DNA of 64,000 nucleotides from a virus (Duplodnaviria; Caudoviricetes): IMG/VR virus record IMGVR_UViG_2684622926_000002, positions 8,159 to 72,158 of that record; one strand, 5' to 3'. Shown piece by piece: positions 20,752 to 30,097 of this stretch (position 1 is its first letter; each line of letters starts with the position of its first letter). The notes under the pieces were generated by a model. It saw only the letters and a program-made list of their open reading frames with translations, ran no database searches and was not told where the DNA came from. The position numbers and the translations under genes were made by a program.

Positions 20752-21036
20752 TTATCTATTATTACATATTAACTCAAAACTTTTTTTAGGAATAAACGAA
20801 AATTTACCAAGCAAAATTATTCTTCCTGTCATACCTATATCTATTGTAGGAATAGATTTTTTATACATTAAAATATCTAAAATTTTATAATTAACTTCAT
20901 TAATATTAAGATCATCTTTAAAAGTTGTAAAAATATCTCCAATATTTAAAACATCTCCTTCTATAAATCTTCCATTTACCCAAAATGAATTAATATCTAT
21001 TTCGCCATAGAATTCAACTTGAAATATATTTTTCAT
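20752..21036 (-). CDS. Putative immunity protein resembling the EF-Tu domain II beta-barrel
   Basis: VNGRFIEGDVLNIGD..ILMYKKSIPTIDIGMTGRIILLG versus EF-Tu [37 protein letters not shown] (eye alignment). Confidence 0.5.
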   Translation of the reverse strand: MKNIFQVEFYGEIDINSFWVNGRFIEGDVLNIGDIFTTFKDDLNINEVNYKILDILMYKKSIPTIDIGMTGRIILLGKFSFIPKKSFELICNNR

Positions 21037-21044
21037 AATATTAT

Positions 21045-21605
21045 TTATTTACATAATGCTTTTGTTCTTTTAACAAATTCATTTATTTCTGCATCAGACA
21101 TTGATCCTAATTGTTTAAATGTATTGGATAGATCCCCAATAGATACTTTAGTAGGAACATCATACCCCATTTTTTTAAGATAGCTGTTGCATCCTTTGCG
21201 GATATTTCAGCAGTTGCTAATTACCTTAAATCATTTGGTAACATATCTATTCCTACTTTATTTTCAAATGACGCTAAAACATTACCATCTAATATTTTAG
21301 ATGAATCTATAGCACCTTTATCAAATATTTGTACAACAGCCTCTCCATAATTAGAAGAATGATTAGCAAATATTGTTGCTACTCTTGGTTCTGTCATCAC
21401 AGGTGTTATACCTATTCTTTGAGTAGCATTACTTCCATTAAACCCTATAGGTGTACCTCTAAAAAATGGATCCAACCCCAGCGCGTCGACCATCCTATTA
21501 AAGTCATGAGTATACGCATTCGAGTTATTCCCAGCAAGTCCGATAGGTTTTTTGCTTATATTAAGTTACTAATTTACTATCGTAATATCGGAAACGATTG
21601 TGATA
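21045..21605 (-). pseudogene. Rhs remnant plus ART-like toxin tip with an internal stop
   Basis: MVDALGL junction; FFRGT..ITPVMTEPRVATIFA..SFENKVG resembles R..S/T..ExE ADP-ribosyltransferase motifs; frame resumes after the stop at 21221. Confidence 0.55.
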
Positions 21606-21615
21606 AATTATCCCT

Positions 21616-22287
21616 TTATAAAATTTCCTCTATTGAATTTCTAAATATTTCATTCTCCTTAATTTCATTAGGAAGTTTCTTAATAAACATATCAAGTTCA
21701 TCTTTTCCTAAAAACTTTTCAATATTAAATAAGAATAGAGGTAAATTAGATGATTCTAATGTATTGCTTAGCTTTACTAAATAATTATTTGATAAATATT
21801 TTAACGCTATATTTTTATCAATATTTAATACAAAAGAAAATATATATGGATATTCCGAACTATATTTAACTAAATATTCTAAATTATCTTTGGTATAATT
21901 AAGAGAATTATTATCTATAGAACTGATATACATTTTTAAATCATGTTTTTCCTGTTCAATTAATTTAACTCTATCAATTATATCTTCAATTTCTAAAATT
22001 TTATTTTCAAACAATATACATTCACCAACTTTGTGAGCTCCATCCATATAATCAAATTTAAAACCTTGTTTAAGTATTCCCTTTGGTGCATCTTCTGATA
22101 AAAAAAACACTTCATTAGCTATTGTTTTATATCCTTGATCTCTTGGTGAAATATCAAATTTAAAAGCAATACTCCATCCTTGTTTGCTTTCAGGTAAATA
22201 TATTTGCGTATATAAAAGTTTAGTTGAAGGCAAAAGCCTTTTTTCTCCGTCAAATATATTTTTATTCCAATTAATTAAACATTTCAT
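21616..22287 (-). CDS. Putative immunity protein; N-terminal half resembles EF-Tu domain III
   Basis: GWSIAFKF..FFLSEDAP..QGFKFDYMDGAHKVGECI versus EF-Tu DDGLRFAIREGGRTVGAGV; helical C-terminal half. Confidence 0.5.
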   Translation of the reverse strand: MKCLINWNKNIFDGEKRLLPSTKLLYTQIYLPESKQGWSIAFKFDISPRDQGYKTIANEVFFLSEDAPKGILKQGFKFDYMDGAHKVGECILFENKILEIEDIIDRVKLIEQEKHDLKMYISSIDNNSLNYTKDNLEYLVKYSSEYPYIFSFVLNIDKNIALKYLSNNYLVKLSNTLESSNLPLFLFNIEKFLGKDELDMFIKKLPNEIKENEIFRNSIEEIL

Positions 22288-22317
22288 AATTTCTATTTAT
22301 ATTTTACTCGATGAGAA

Positions 22318-22745
22318 TTAACACTTGTAACTTTGGTAGGTTTTTTTATTTAAATCATCAATTTCTATAGCTCTAGATTTTCCTATTCCATCCAAATCAT
22401 AATCAGCTATACATGCCTTTTTAGCTATATCATTATCTATTTCAAATCCTACTACACAAAATTTACTATCTCCTTCTAAATGGCCTAATTTATGACCAAA
22501 TTCTACAGCACCTTCATAACTTTCTGCAAACCATTTAGCCATCATTCCTCCACTATCTCCTCCCATGCGCCATCCATTTTCAAGAGTATCAAAATACTCA
22601 GCTCTAGTCATAGTTCTAAATAATTCCATCAACCCAAACATTACTATCATGCGTATACGCATACCAATTTGGGTTATTTCCAGCAAGTCCGATAGGGTCT
22701 TTGCTTATATAAATTCCTGAATTACTATCGTAATATCGGAAACGA
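22318..22745 (-). pseudogene. Rhs remnant plus putative ART-like toxin tip (FRTM..E..KWFAES..LDGIG)
   Basis: Junction at ~22640; MELFRTMTRAEY..KWFAESYEGAVEFG..DLDGIGKSRAIE. The activity is inference. Confidence 0.55.
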
Positions 22746-22869
22746 TTGGAATATGTACAATCTTCTATCTCTCATTAAATGCCTTATTCCCGAACCTGAA
22801 CTGGAACTCTTAGACAAAGTAAATAATTAAATGAAAAAGGCTGTCTCTTTTTGAGGCAGCCTCTTGGTT

Positions 22870-23103
22870 TTATAAATTTATTTTTAATTTTTCTTTTACT
22901 AATTTTTTAATTTCACCCTCGGTCATTTCAAATTCTGATCCTGCATCTATAATCATAATATCTTCAACAATATCATACAAATCTTTGTCAGATATTTTAT
23001 GCTTCAAATAAAAATCAAAAGCATATTTAGTGGCTAATTCTGAACTATAACCTTGTTTGAATATAAGCCGTAATCCTTCTATAAATTCTTCTCTTAAATC
23101 CAT
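22870..23103 (-). CDS. Orphan immunity-like protein
   Basis: 77-aa helical ORF (IMIIDAGSEFEMTEGEI); its upstream toxin is replaced by IS3. Confidence 0.55.
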   Translation of the reverse strand: MDLREEFIEGLRLIFKQGYSSELATKYAFDFYLKHKISDKDLYDIVEDIMIIDAGSEFEMTEGEIKKLVKEKLKINL

Positions 23104-23109
23104 ATTTCC

Positions 23110-24109
23110 CTACTAATGACATCCTTTATGGCTCAATGAACGAGTGATCCACAATACCTAAAACAACTATCGAGTAATTGATTATCAAACTCTTTTCCTC
23201 GGTCTGAATGAAATAGTGCGATTGAGGATAATATAGCTTTAATTTGGCTTAATGCTTGCATAACAAGCTCGGCTGTTTTGTGTTGTCCAATCCGGATATC
23301 TTTCATGCTGAGAGTGCGAGTAATACCCCCAGATAATTCCATTTTTGCCTCACTTTTATATAAGTCAAATCAGCGACAATGACATTTGTTTTCAAGCTAA
23401 CAGTAAAATTTTATTGTAAAAGATAGCAATTGCAAAAGAATTAACTTCTATAAAAATGTTTTTATACCGTTTTACGGTATGTTTTGCTCTCAATGATAAT
23501 ACTTTCATGACTTTAGCCACATAACAACGCGATAGGATTATACTTTGATTTGACAACGCTTTTCGTATCCTTCGCGTACCATAAGATTGATAGCTACGAT
23601 TAAAAATAGATTGAATCTCTTGTGCATACTTTAAAACTTTTTTCTCAAGGCGCGTATTGCACTGATAATAAAAGTAATGCCTTGATATAGCTAAACATCG
23701 ACACAACCAACTCAATGAATGGCGATGTCGATTTGATGGTATCACTGCGATTTTCGTCCCATTATCAGTGCGGCTTGCTTTAGGATTTCGTTTTCCATCA
23801 ATAACCGTTTATTCTCTTTGCGCAAGGCTAGCAACTCATTATCTTCAGTACTTCGATTATCTTTAGTTTTGAATGAACCCGTTGTGGAGTATTGTGTTAT
23901 CCATCTATCTAACGCTGATGGCGTTAACTCATACTGTAAAACTCATTCACTGCGGGTTTTACCTTGTTGATATAACGTTACCATCTGCTATTTAAAATCA
24001 TCTGTATAGGTTCGTCTTTCTCGTCGTATTATTTTCATCGTATTTTCCTTTTTTGGGGTAGTTTATCTTATCCCTTAAAAAAGTTGTACGAATTAGTGTA
24101 GCCTATCCA
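23110..24109 (-). mobile_element. IS3-family element, degenerate and 3'-truncated
   Basis: Left end TGGATAGGCTACACTAATTCGTACAAC at 24109; broken orfA/orfB including YGTRRIRKAL and LFHSDRGKEFDN (integrase core). Confidence 0.88.
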
Positions 24110-24140
24110 AGTTAAATCACGGTTTTTATAACCCTTTTAA

Positions 24141-24497
24141 GTGTTTTTTATTATGGATAATTTTGGTAAAAGAGTAGCCTCTTTACGGAAGGAAAGAAAG
24201 ATGACACAAGATGAATTAGCTAAATTGTTGAATACTTCTATTTCTGTTATTGGCAGGTATGAAAGAGATGAAATGCCCCCTAGTATTGAGGTAGCTAAAA
24301 AAATTGCAGGTTTTTTAAAAACTACTGTAGGATATTTATTAGGAGAAACAGATAAAGCAGATTTATTTAAAGATCCAATTATGTTACAGCGTTTAAGTGA
24401 TCTTGAAAATATGCAGAGTGAAGATAAAAACCATATTTTACATCTCCTTGATGGCTTTATTAAATCCGTAAAACTTAAAAATATTGCTGCACTGTAA
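24141..24497 (+). CDS. XRE-family HTH transcriptional regulator
   Basis: LRKERKMTQDELAKLLNTSISVIGRYERDEMPPSIEVAKKIA HTH; C-terminal MLQRL..DKNHILHLLDGFI style typical of Bacteroidetes Rhs-linked regulators. Confidence 0.9.
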   Translation: MFFIMDNFGKRVASLRKERKMTQDELAKLLNTSISVIGRYERDEMPPSIEVAKKIAGFLKTTVGYLLGETDKADLFKDPIMLQRLSDLENMQSEDKNHILHLLDGFIKSVKLKNIAAL

Positions 24498-24516
24498 AAG
24501 TAAAAAACCGCTTCGA

Positions 24517-24555
24517 TGAAGTGCCCCCCAATAGTTGGACAACCAATTACTGGTT
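24517..24555. mobile_element. Isolated IS3/IS150-type end remnant
   Basis: TGAAGTGCCCCCCAATAGTTGGACAACCAATTA; similar ends TGTAACTATCCCCTAAAATAGTA at ~15403 and ~18767. Confidence 0.55.
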
Positions 24556-24574
24556 TTTTTTTTAAATGAAAACT

Positions 24575-25123
24575 TTAAGGATTGAGTTTATTATTTATAT
24601 CTTTCTTTAACTCTTCAGCTTTTTTTAACATAGCAAAAGATTCTGTTTCATAAAAATTATCCTCAAATTCGTTATCTTTTATTTTTTTAATTCGCTCTTC
24701 TAATAAAGGAATAAAAGCAATAGAATTAAAATCTGAAAAACGGTCTTTGTATTTTATCAATATCTCTTTTAAATAAATAAAAATATCATTACAAAGTTTG
24801 TTACGCATTTCGTCCTCTGGAAAATTTATATATTCATTTAAAACAAGCATTTGGTCTATTACAAGTTTATCTTCTTTTTGTTTATATCGTGCATAAGACT
24901 TTAATTTACCTGCTTCAATATCTTTTATATCAAACAATCTCAAAATAATGCTTAATGATGTATGATGTCTATCTATTTTTTGCAATTGGTTAGATATAGA
25001 TTCTTGCCACGCCATATTATTTAGATTGTCAATTATATATCTTACAACTTTTATTTGTTTTACATTATTTTCAAAATTTCCAGCGTATCTTGATTCGTAA
25101 GTTATCTTTAAAAAAGTACCCAT
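24575..25123 (-). CDS. Immunity protein (Imm12/Imm39/Imm44-like)
   Basis: Follows a URI-type nuclease tip; YARYKQKEDKLVIDQML segment. Confidence 0.6.
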   Translation of the reverse strand: MGTFLKITYESRYAGNFENNVKQIKVVRYIIDNLNNMAWQESISNQLQKIDRHHTSLSIILRLFDIKDIEAGKLKSYARYKQKEDKLVIDQMLVLNEYINFPEDEMRNKLCNDIFIYLKEILIKYKDRFSDFNSIAFIPLLEERIKKIKDNEFEDNFYETESFAMLKKAEELKKDINNKLNP

Positions 25124-25135
25124 AAGTTATTGTCT

Positions 25136-25753
25136 TTAATGACAAGTTTTGTTACCCGCAGGTAAATTACCGCCATTTTGTTTTTTATAATCTTCTAATA
25201 ATTGATTTTCTAATAAACGGTCAGCTTGCTTAGTACCTCCTTGGTCAAAAAAGTCCATTCTTAGTCCAGCTGTTTGACCCTGTATAACTTTACCATTGGC
25301 ATCTACTCCAACGGATTTAGCTCCTGATTTGTTTATTCTTGCCTCATCTAAAGCTATTGTAGAATAACGGTTTGCCGAATTTTTTGATTCCCCTATTTTA
25401 TACAACTCGTCTTTTTTCATAAATACGTATGAAGTTGGCTGTGGTTGTCCTTTTGTATGTACAGGATACCAACCGTCGGCAGTAGTATAAAGTCCATAAA
25501 CATCCAACCCGAATGGGTCTATCCACGTATTGGAATCTTTAACGTAACCGTACATTGTCGGGTTTCCACCTGCTAAACCAATCGGGTCTTGGCTTATAAA
25601 GTTACCAATATTTGGGTCGTAATATCTGTGCCTTTGGTAGCACAAATCTATCTCACTATCGTAGTATTGACCTTGGAATCTAAAAGGTAAGAAATGCTTA
25701 TTGTTAAAGTTATCTTCCCAGATTCTACCATAAATATCAAACGCTACCTGCAA
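25136..25753 (-). CDS. Rhs core end plus Tox-URI2-like (GIY-YIG fold) nuclease tip, open frame
   Basis: PFRFQGQYYDSEIDLCYQRHRYYDP..QDPIGLAGGNPTMYGYV..WIDPFGL; LYKIGES..NRY..LENQLL..GNLPAGNK. Confidence 0.85.
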   Translation of the reverse strand: MQVAFDIYGRIWEDNFNNKHFLPFRFQGQYYDSEIDLCYQRHRYYDPNIGNFISQDPIGLAGGNPTMYGYVKDSNTWIDPFGLDVYGLYTTADGWYPVHTKGQPQPTSYVFMKKDELYKIGESKNSANRYSTIALDEARINKSGAKSVGVDANGKVIQGQTAGLRMDFFDQGGTKQADRLLENQLLEDYKKQNGGNLPAGNKTCH

Positions 25754-26105
25754 ACAAGCTTTCCTTCTTTATCGTAAGCCTGAGCGGGGCTTTCAAAATA
25801 ATCAGATAGAATAAAGTAAGTGTTATCATCCGATATTTTAGCAGTTGGCACTAAGCTTCCATCTTCATACAGCCAAGTAGTAACGTTATGGGTCGGTTCA
25901 GATTTATCGAAAATAAGCAATCCTAAATCATCAGATACAATTTAAGATTGCTCACCTAGCTCAAAGCTCCATTAGGTAATAAAACATTATTCCCTCAAAA
26001 AAGGAATAAATTTTTGAATTAACCATTTTAGCCGTTCTTCTTAAAGCATCATATTCAAAACGAATCAATTGGCCTTTAGGATTACGTATGACTTTGAGCA
26101 TTTCA
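25754..26105 (-). pseudogene. Rhs core remnant
   Basis: MLKVIRNPKGQLIRFEYDALRRT..TWLYEDGSLVPTAKISDDNTYFILSDYFESP. Confidence 0.85.
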
Positions 26106-26244
26106 TTGTCAAAAACTTACCAGCAGCATTAGCTTTAAAACTTATTAAAATCCTTATCCCTGAGGATCAACTCGAATTACTGGATAAACTAAGCAGTTGA
26201 AACATACAAGGCTGTGATTATTGATAGCCTTATATTTTTTTCTT

Positions 26245-26710
26245 TGCTTAAATCTTCTCTAACTTGCATTAAAACTTCTCCTAGCCAATTAGTGCCTTTC
26301 CATTTTTAGGATCTAAAATATCAGGATTATCTTCATTCATACCTACTCCTCAAATAATATCATGAGGACTAGCTTCGACTAGAATTTTATTTCCTGTGGA
26401 AAGTAGAATCTTTTTTAAATGCTCATTTTGGTTAAATTTTGCAAAATTCCCTTGATAAAATATCTTTTGTGCCTATTCATTCCATATAGATAAATCAAGA
26501 AAATTTACTTTGCGAGCTAATTCTTTTGGTATTCTTGGTTATTTAGTTTCTAATATTTTTTTAGCTATTTCTACATCTTTAAATAATAATGCTTTTGAAT
26601 ACATCATTCATTGTTCTGCACCATTGAAAAAATTATGATCTATAATAAAATTACATAGATACCATTGTGAGAAAATATCTTTTGTACGGTAAAAGAAAAA
26701 AATTATTCAT
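26245..26710 (-). pseudogene. NADAR (YbiA/DUF1768) family pseudogene
   Basis: FSQWY..FNGAEQ*MMYSKALLFKD..GNFAKFNQNEHLKKILLSTGNKILVEASPHDII.GVG..WKGTNWLGEVLMQVR. Confidence 0.88.
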
Positions 26711-26731
26711 TTAAATGTTATTATTTTGAAA

Positions 26732-27151
26732 TCATTTGTTCATTATAGAATTTAACCATTTATTATAGAACTGATCTTGTTGCTCTTTGGTAGCAAATTC
26801 ATAAATATCAATATAATCAAAAATATTTACTATGTCTTTGTTTAGTGATGGTTCTCCTATTTTTAAAAAATATGCTTTATGTCCTCCCATATTCATCATC
26901 ATTGGTGAAGGATATACATTTATTAACGAACCATAACATTGTAGTCCTATATATTTATCTAATAATAAATCTTTTAATTCTTGAAATACAAGGAACCAAT
27001 ATTCTCCTTTTTTTTTGATTTCTTTATTATCATAATAAATACTTATTGAAACCACATCTTCTTCATCACTCTCAAACAATTCTAGGTTTAGATTTATTAC
27101 TTTATTATTCTTTAAATCTAATCCTTTAATATTTAATACTTCTAAGGACAT
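26732..27151 (-). CDS. Putative immunity protein
   Basis: CYGSLINVYPSPMMMNMGGHKAY..VNIFD..ATKEQQDQFYNKW motif; no toxin adjacent. Confidence 0.55.
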   Translation of the reverse strand: MSLEVLNIKGLDLKNNKVINLNLELFESDEEDVVSISIYYDNKEIKKKGEYWFLVFQELKDLLLDKYIGLQCYGSLINVYPSPMMMNMGGHKAYFLKIGEPSLNKDIVNIFDYIDIYEFATKEQQDQFYNKWLNSIMNK

Positions 27152-27204
27152 TCTATTTTTGGGGGATTTTAAGGTTTATAATTAGGATTAGATATTAATT
27201 CATC

Positions 27205-27560
27205 TGGAATGTCTACACTTTTTTATACAACAAAATTAAGGAGTAACTGTTTATTAAATGTTATAGTCGTCAAGTAACCTAATGATGAATGCAGTCGATT
27301 GTTGTTGTACCAATATGCATAAGCAGAAAAACGTTGTCGTAGTACATTGCCTTAGTTCATTCGTATTGGTGAATATCTCATTTTTGACAAATTCAGTTTT
27401 AATTGTCTTAAATATCGCTTTAGCAACAGCATTATCGTAAGGACATCTTTTATGGCTCAATGAGCGAGTGATACCCAATACCACAAATCAACTATCGAGT
27501 AATTGATTATCAAACTCTTTTCCTCGGTCTGAATGAAATAGTGCGATTGAGGATAATGGT
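27205..27560 (-). mobile_element. IS3-family right-end fragment with 3' orfB
   Basis: End motif at 27205; SLSHKRCPYDNAVAKAIFKTIKTEF integrase segment. Confidence 0.85.
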
Positions 27561-27611
27561 GTTGACTAGTTGAAACAAAAAGGCCAACTCATTTTAATTG
27601 GTTATTATTGT

Positions 27612-27923
27612 TTAGTTATTAATTTTTTTTACCCATTTTTCATAATTTTGAATAATGGATAATAATTCAGTTGTGAGACTTTCTTTATAATTCCATGAAT
27701 CAATTATAAAATATGATATTTGAGCGCCATCGATTAGCTCAAAATAATTATTCGATAACATATTTTTTTTTACATTATCTAAATAATTCAAAATAATATC
27801 CCTTTGATTTTCACTTACTTTAATATCATGAATTGAAGAATTTGAAATTTTTTCAATTGCTTTATCCACTTTTAATAATAAATTATTCATACTTTTCGCT
27901 CTAAAAAAGATCTCACCATGCAT
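27612..27923 (-). CDS. Orphan immunity-like protein
   Basis: IIDSWNYKESLTTELLSII motif; followed by a cassette terminator at ~27580-27602. Confidence 0.55.
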   Translation of the reverse strand: MHGEIFFRAKSMNNLLLKVDKAIEKISNSSIHDIKVSENQRDIILNYLDNVKKNMLSNNYFELIDGAQISYFIIDSWNYKESLTTELLSIIQNYEKWVKKINN

Positions 27924-28018
27924 TATCTGCTGAATCTAGTAGATGTTTTTTGAATTTTGCTATACAGATAGGTATTTAAATTACGCTTGTTCCCTGTAAA
28001 GCCAAAGTCAACCTGCTT

Positions 28019-28342
28019 CTATTCTTCTATAATTTTATATTTATGCTGGTTTTGCCAAGAAATGATTTTAATTTTTCCGTCAATAATTCCTTGATCTCTA
28101 TAATACAAGATTAATTGAGCGGGACTCCAATCTTGCCCATCTGCAAATAATACTTGATAATTTTGCATTAAATTTTTAATAATGTGGATTCTTTGTTGCT
28201 CTGTATCAACTTTTTTAATAAAAAAATCATTCTGTTCTTTTATAAAACCTAAAGCTATTAATAGTTGCTGTAATTTTACATCATCACATTGTGCTACAAT
28301 ACGTGAACCAGCTAACTCATGAATTAAAATATAACTTTTCAT
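28019..28342 (-). CDS. Hypothetical protein
   Basis: 107-aa ORF (FADGQDWSPAQL) within the array. Confidence 0.6.
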   Translation of the reverse strand: MKSYILIHELAGSRIVAQCDDVKLQQLLIALGFIKEQNDFFIKKVDTEQQRIHIIKNLMQNYQVLFADGQDWSPAQLILYYRDQGIIDGKIKIISWQNQHKYKIIEE

Positions 28343-28384
28343 TTAAATAATTCTATTTAATCTTTTGAGGCTATTTAGAACAAT

Positions 28385-28625
28385 AGCTTTTTTCTTTATA
28401 CTTTGCAAAAATCTTCGCTAGCCTAAATTAAAACTTTCGCTAACCAAGTAGTTGCTTTCCATTTTTTAGGGGAATAGATATCTGGGCTATCGCTAATCAT
28501 TCCATATGGCTAAATCGAAATTTTAAACCTGACAACCTTATTCTTTTTGAGTTCTAGGCTCTTTTGTTTCTACAATTTAAGAAGCAATTGCTTAATCTTT
28601 AAAAAACGAGTTTTTAAATAGACTA
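28385..28625 (-). pseudogene. Second NADAR remnant (internally deleted)
   Basis: SLFFKD*AIAS*IVETKEPRTQKE..FDLAIWN..PDIYSPKKWKATTWLAKVL, parallel to 26245-26710. Confidence 0.7.
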
Positions 28626-28679
28626 TACATGGTTCTGTACAATTAACATAATGATTTTATATAAGAAAAAATGTAGTGT

Positions 28680-29200
28680 ATTTTGATGTAGATGATGCAG
28701 TAGCAAAAGTTGCTTATAAAGCAGATCACTTAGATGGAATAGGTTCTGTGAGGGCTATTGAGGTTGCTGATTTAAATGGAAAGACTGAAGTTAAAAAGTT
28801 AATTCAATTAAAGTAGAGTGTAAATAATAAAATCACTATTTAATTGGGATAGGACTATATTTGATGGAGAAAAAAGACTTTTACCATCAACGAAGGTTTT
28901 ACATACTCAAATTTATTTACCAGAGTTAAAAGAAAGTTGGATTATCGTTTTTAAATTTAATATTTCGCCGAGAGATTAGAGATATAGGACAATAGCAGAG
29001 GAAGAATTTTTTTGTCAGAAAAAGCGCCGAAAAAAATATTAAAAGAAGGGTTCGAATTTAACTTTATGGATGGTCCAAACATTATTGGAGAATGTATATT
29101 GTTTCAAGAAAAACTTATTTAAATGGACGATGTAATGGAAAAAATTAAATTCAACGAACAGGAAAACATAAATAAAAAATGCTCATTAACTACGTGAATA
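28680..29200 (+). pseudogene. Inverted, degraded paralog of the 21950-22450 toxin-end/immunity pair
   Basis: LDGIGSVRAIEVADLN* followed by DGEKRLLPSTKVLHTQIYLPE..GFEFNFMDG..IGECILF. Confidence 0.82.
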
Positions 29201-29322
29201 ATAATTCTTTTAGTTATCCAACAAATCAACTTAGGTTTTAATTAAATAGAGTTCGGATTAGCCATACAATTTTCTTTTGTGTAAAAAATTGTTAAAAACA
29301 TAGCCATAAAGTATCTATCAAA

Positions 29323-29763
29323 CAAGTAGGTGATAATATTTCTTTTGAAAAAGTACCGACTGTCAATGGTAAATCTGTAATTACTGATTTAACAGATGTT
29401 AATAATAAAATTAACTCAATAAATACAAATTTAAATATTCTCAATAATCGTACTTATGTTGTTGAATCATACCATAATGATAACGCGTGGTATCAAGTTT
29501 ATTCAGACGGATATATTGAACTATCTGATGCTCAGTATATAGAAACGAAGAGCATTAATGCGGTAAATGGAACATTTATTAATTTATTAAAACCAATGAA
29601 ATCATATCATTATGGAATAAGTGTTGATAAAGTTAATAACGGACCATGGGCACAAACGGAGTTTGCGTATGCTGAGGTTTATCCAACTGGATTTTGGCTT
29701 GCTTCCTACACATCAAGTATTCCAGGAGCAGTGATGGTTCGTTGGACAGTAAGAGGATATTAA
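29323..29763 (+). other. Silent tail-fibre C-terminal cassette (gp53-like tip) with no start codon near its 5' end
   Basis: Open frame QVGDNISF..NAWYQVYSDGYIE..VRWTVRGY*, followed after 1 bp by a tfa gene; starts with CAAGTAGGT. Confidence 0.72.
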
Positions 29764-29764
29764 C

Positions 29765-30097
29765 ATGACTATTACAAATCAAGAATATGCAGAAATGGCT
29801 ATTAAAGCTAATAAAGAGGGGAAAGAGTTAAAATACGAAAACGGCAAATTAACTCTCGTTGCTCCCGAACCAATGAAGTTTACAGAAGAGCAAATAATCT
29901 TTCAAAATCAGCAAATTAAAGAATCTTTATTCAAAGAAGCTAACAGCGAAATAGATATACTCAACGATAAAATAGAGTTCGACGAGGCGACAGATGACGA
30001 TGTTGCAATGTTAAAAAAATGGAAATTGTACCGAATTAACTTTAAGAAATTGGACGCAACAGATATTAAGGCCATATTCCCGATAAAGCCCATTTAG
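29765..30097 (+). CDS. Tail fibre assembly chaperone (Tfa-like)
   Basis: C-terminal LKKWKLYRINFKKLDATDIKAIFPIKP. Confidence 0.85.
   Translation: MTITNQEYAEMAIKANKEGKELKYENGKLTLVAPEPMKFTEEQIIFQNQQIKESLFKEANSEIDILNDKIEFDEATDDDVAMLKKWKLYRINFKKLDATDIKAIFPIKPI

Larger units (their letters stand above)
3434..29200 (-). other. Array of orphan Rhs toxin-tip/immunity cassettes
   Basis: More than a dozen remnants of the Rhs core end ([44 protein letters not shown]..DPFGL), each followed by a different tip and a small ORF. No full-length rhs, vgrG or PAAR gene is in the window. Confidence 0.93.
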
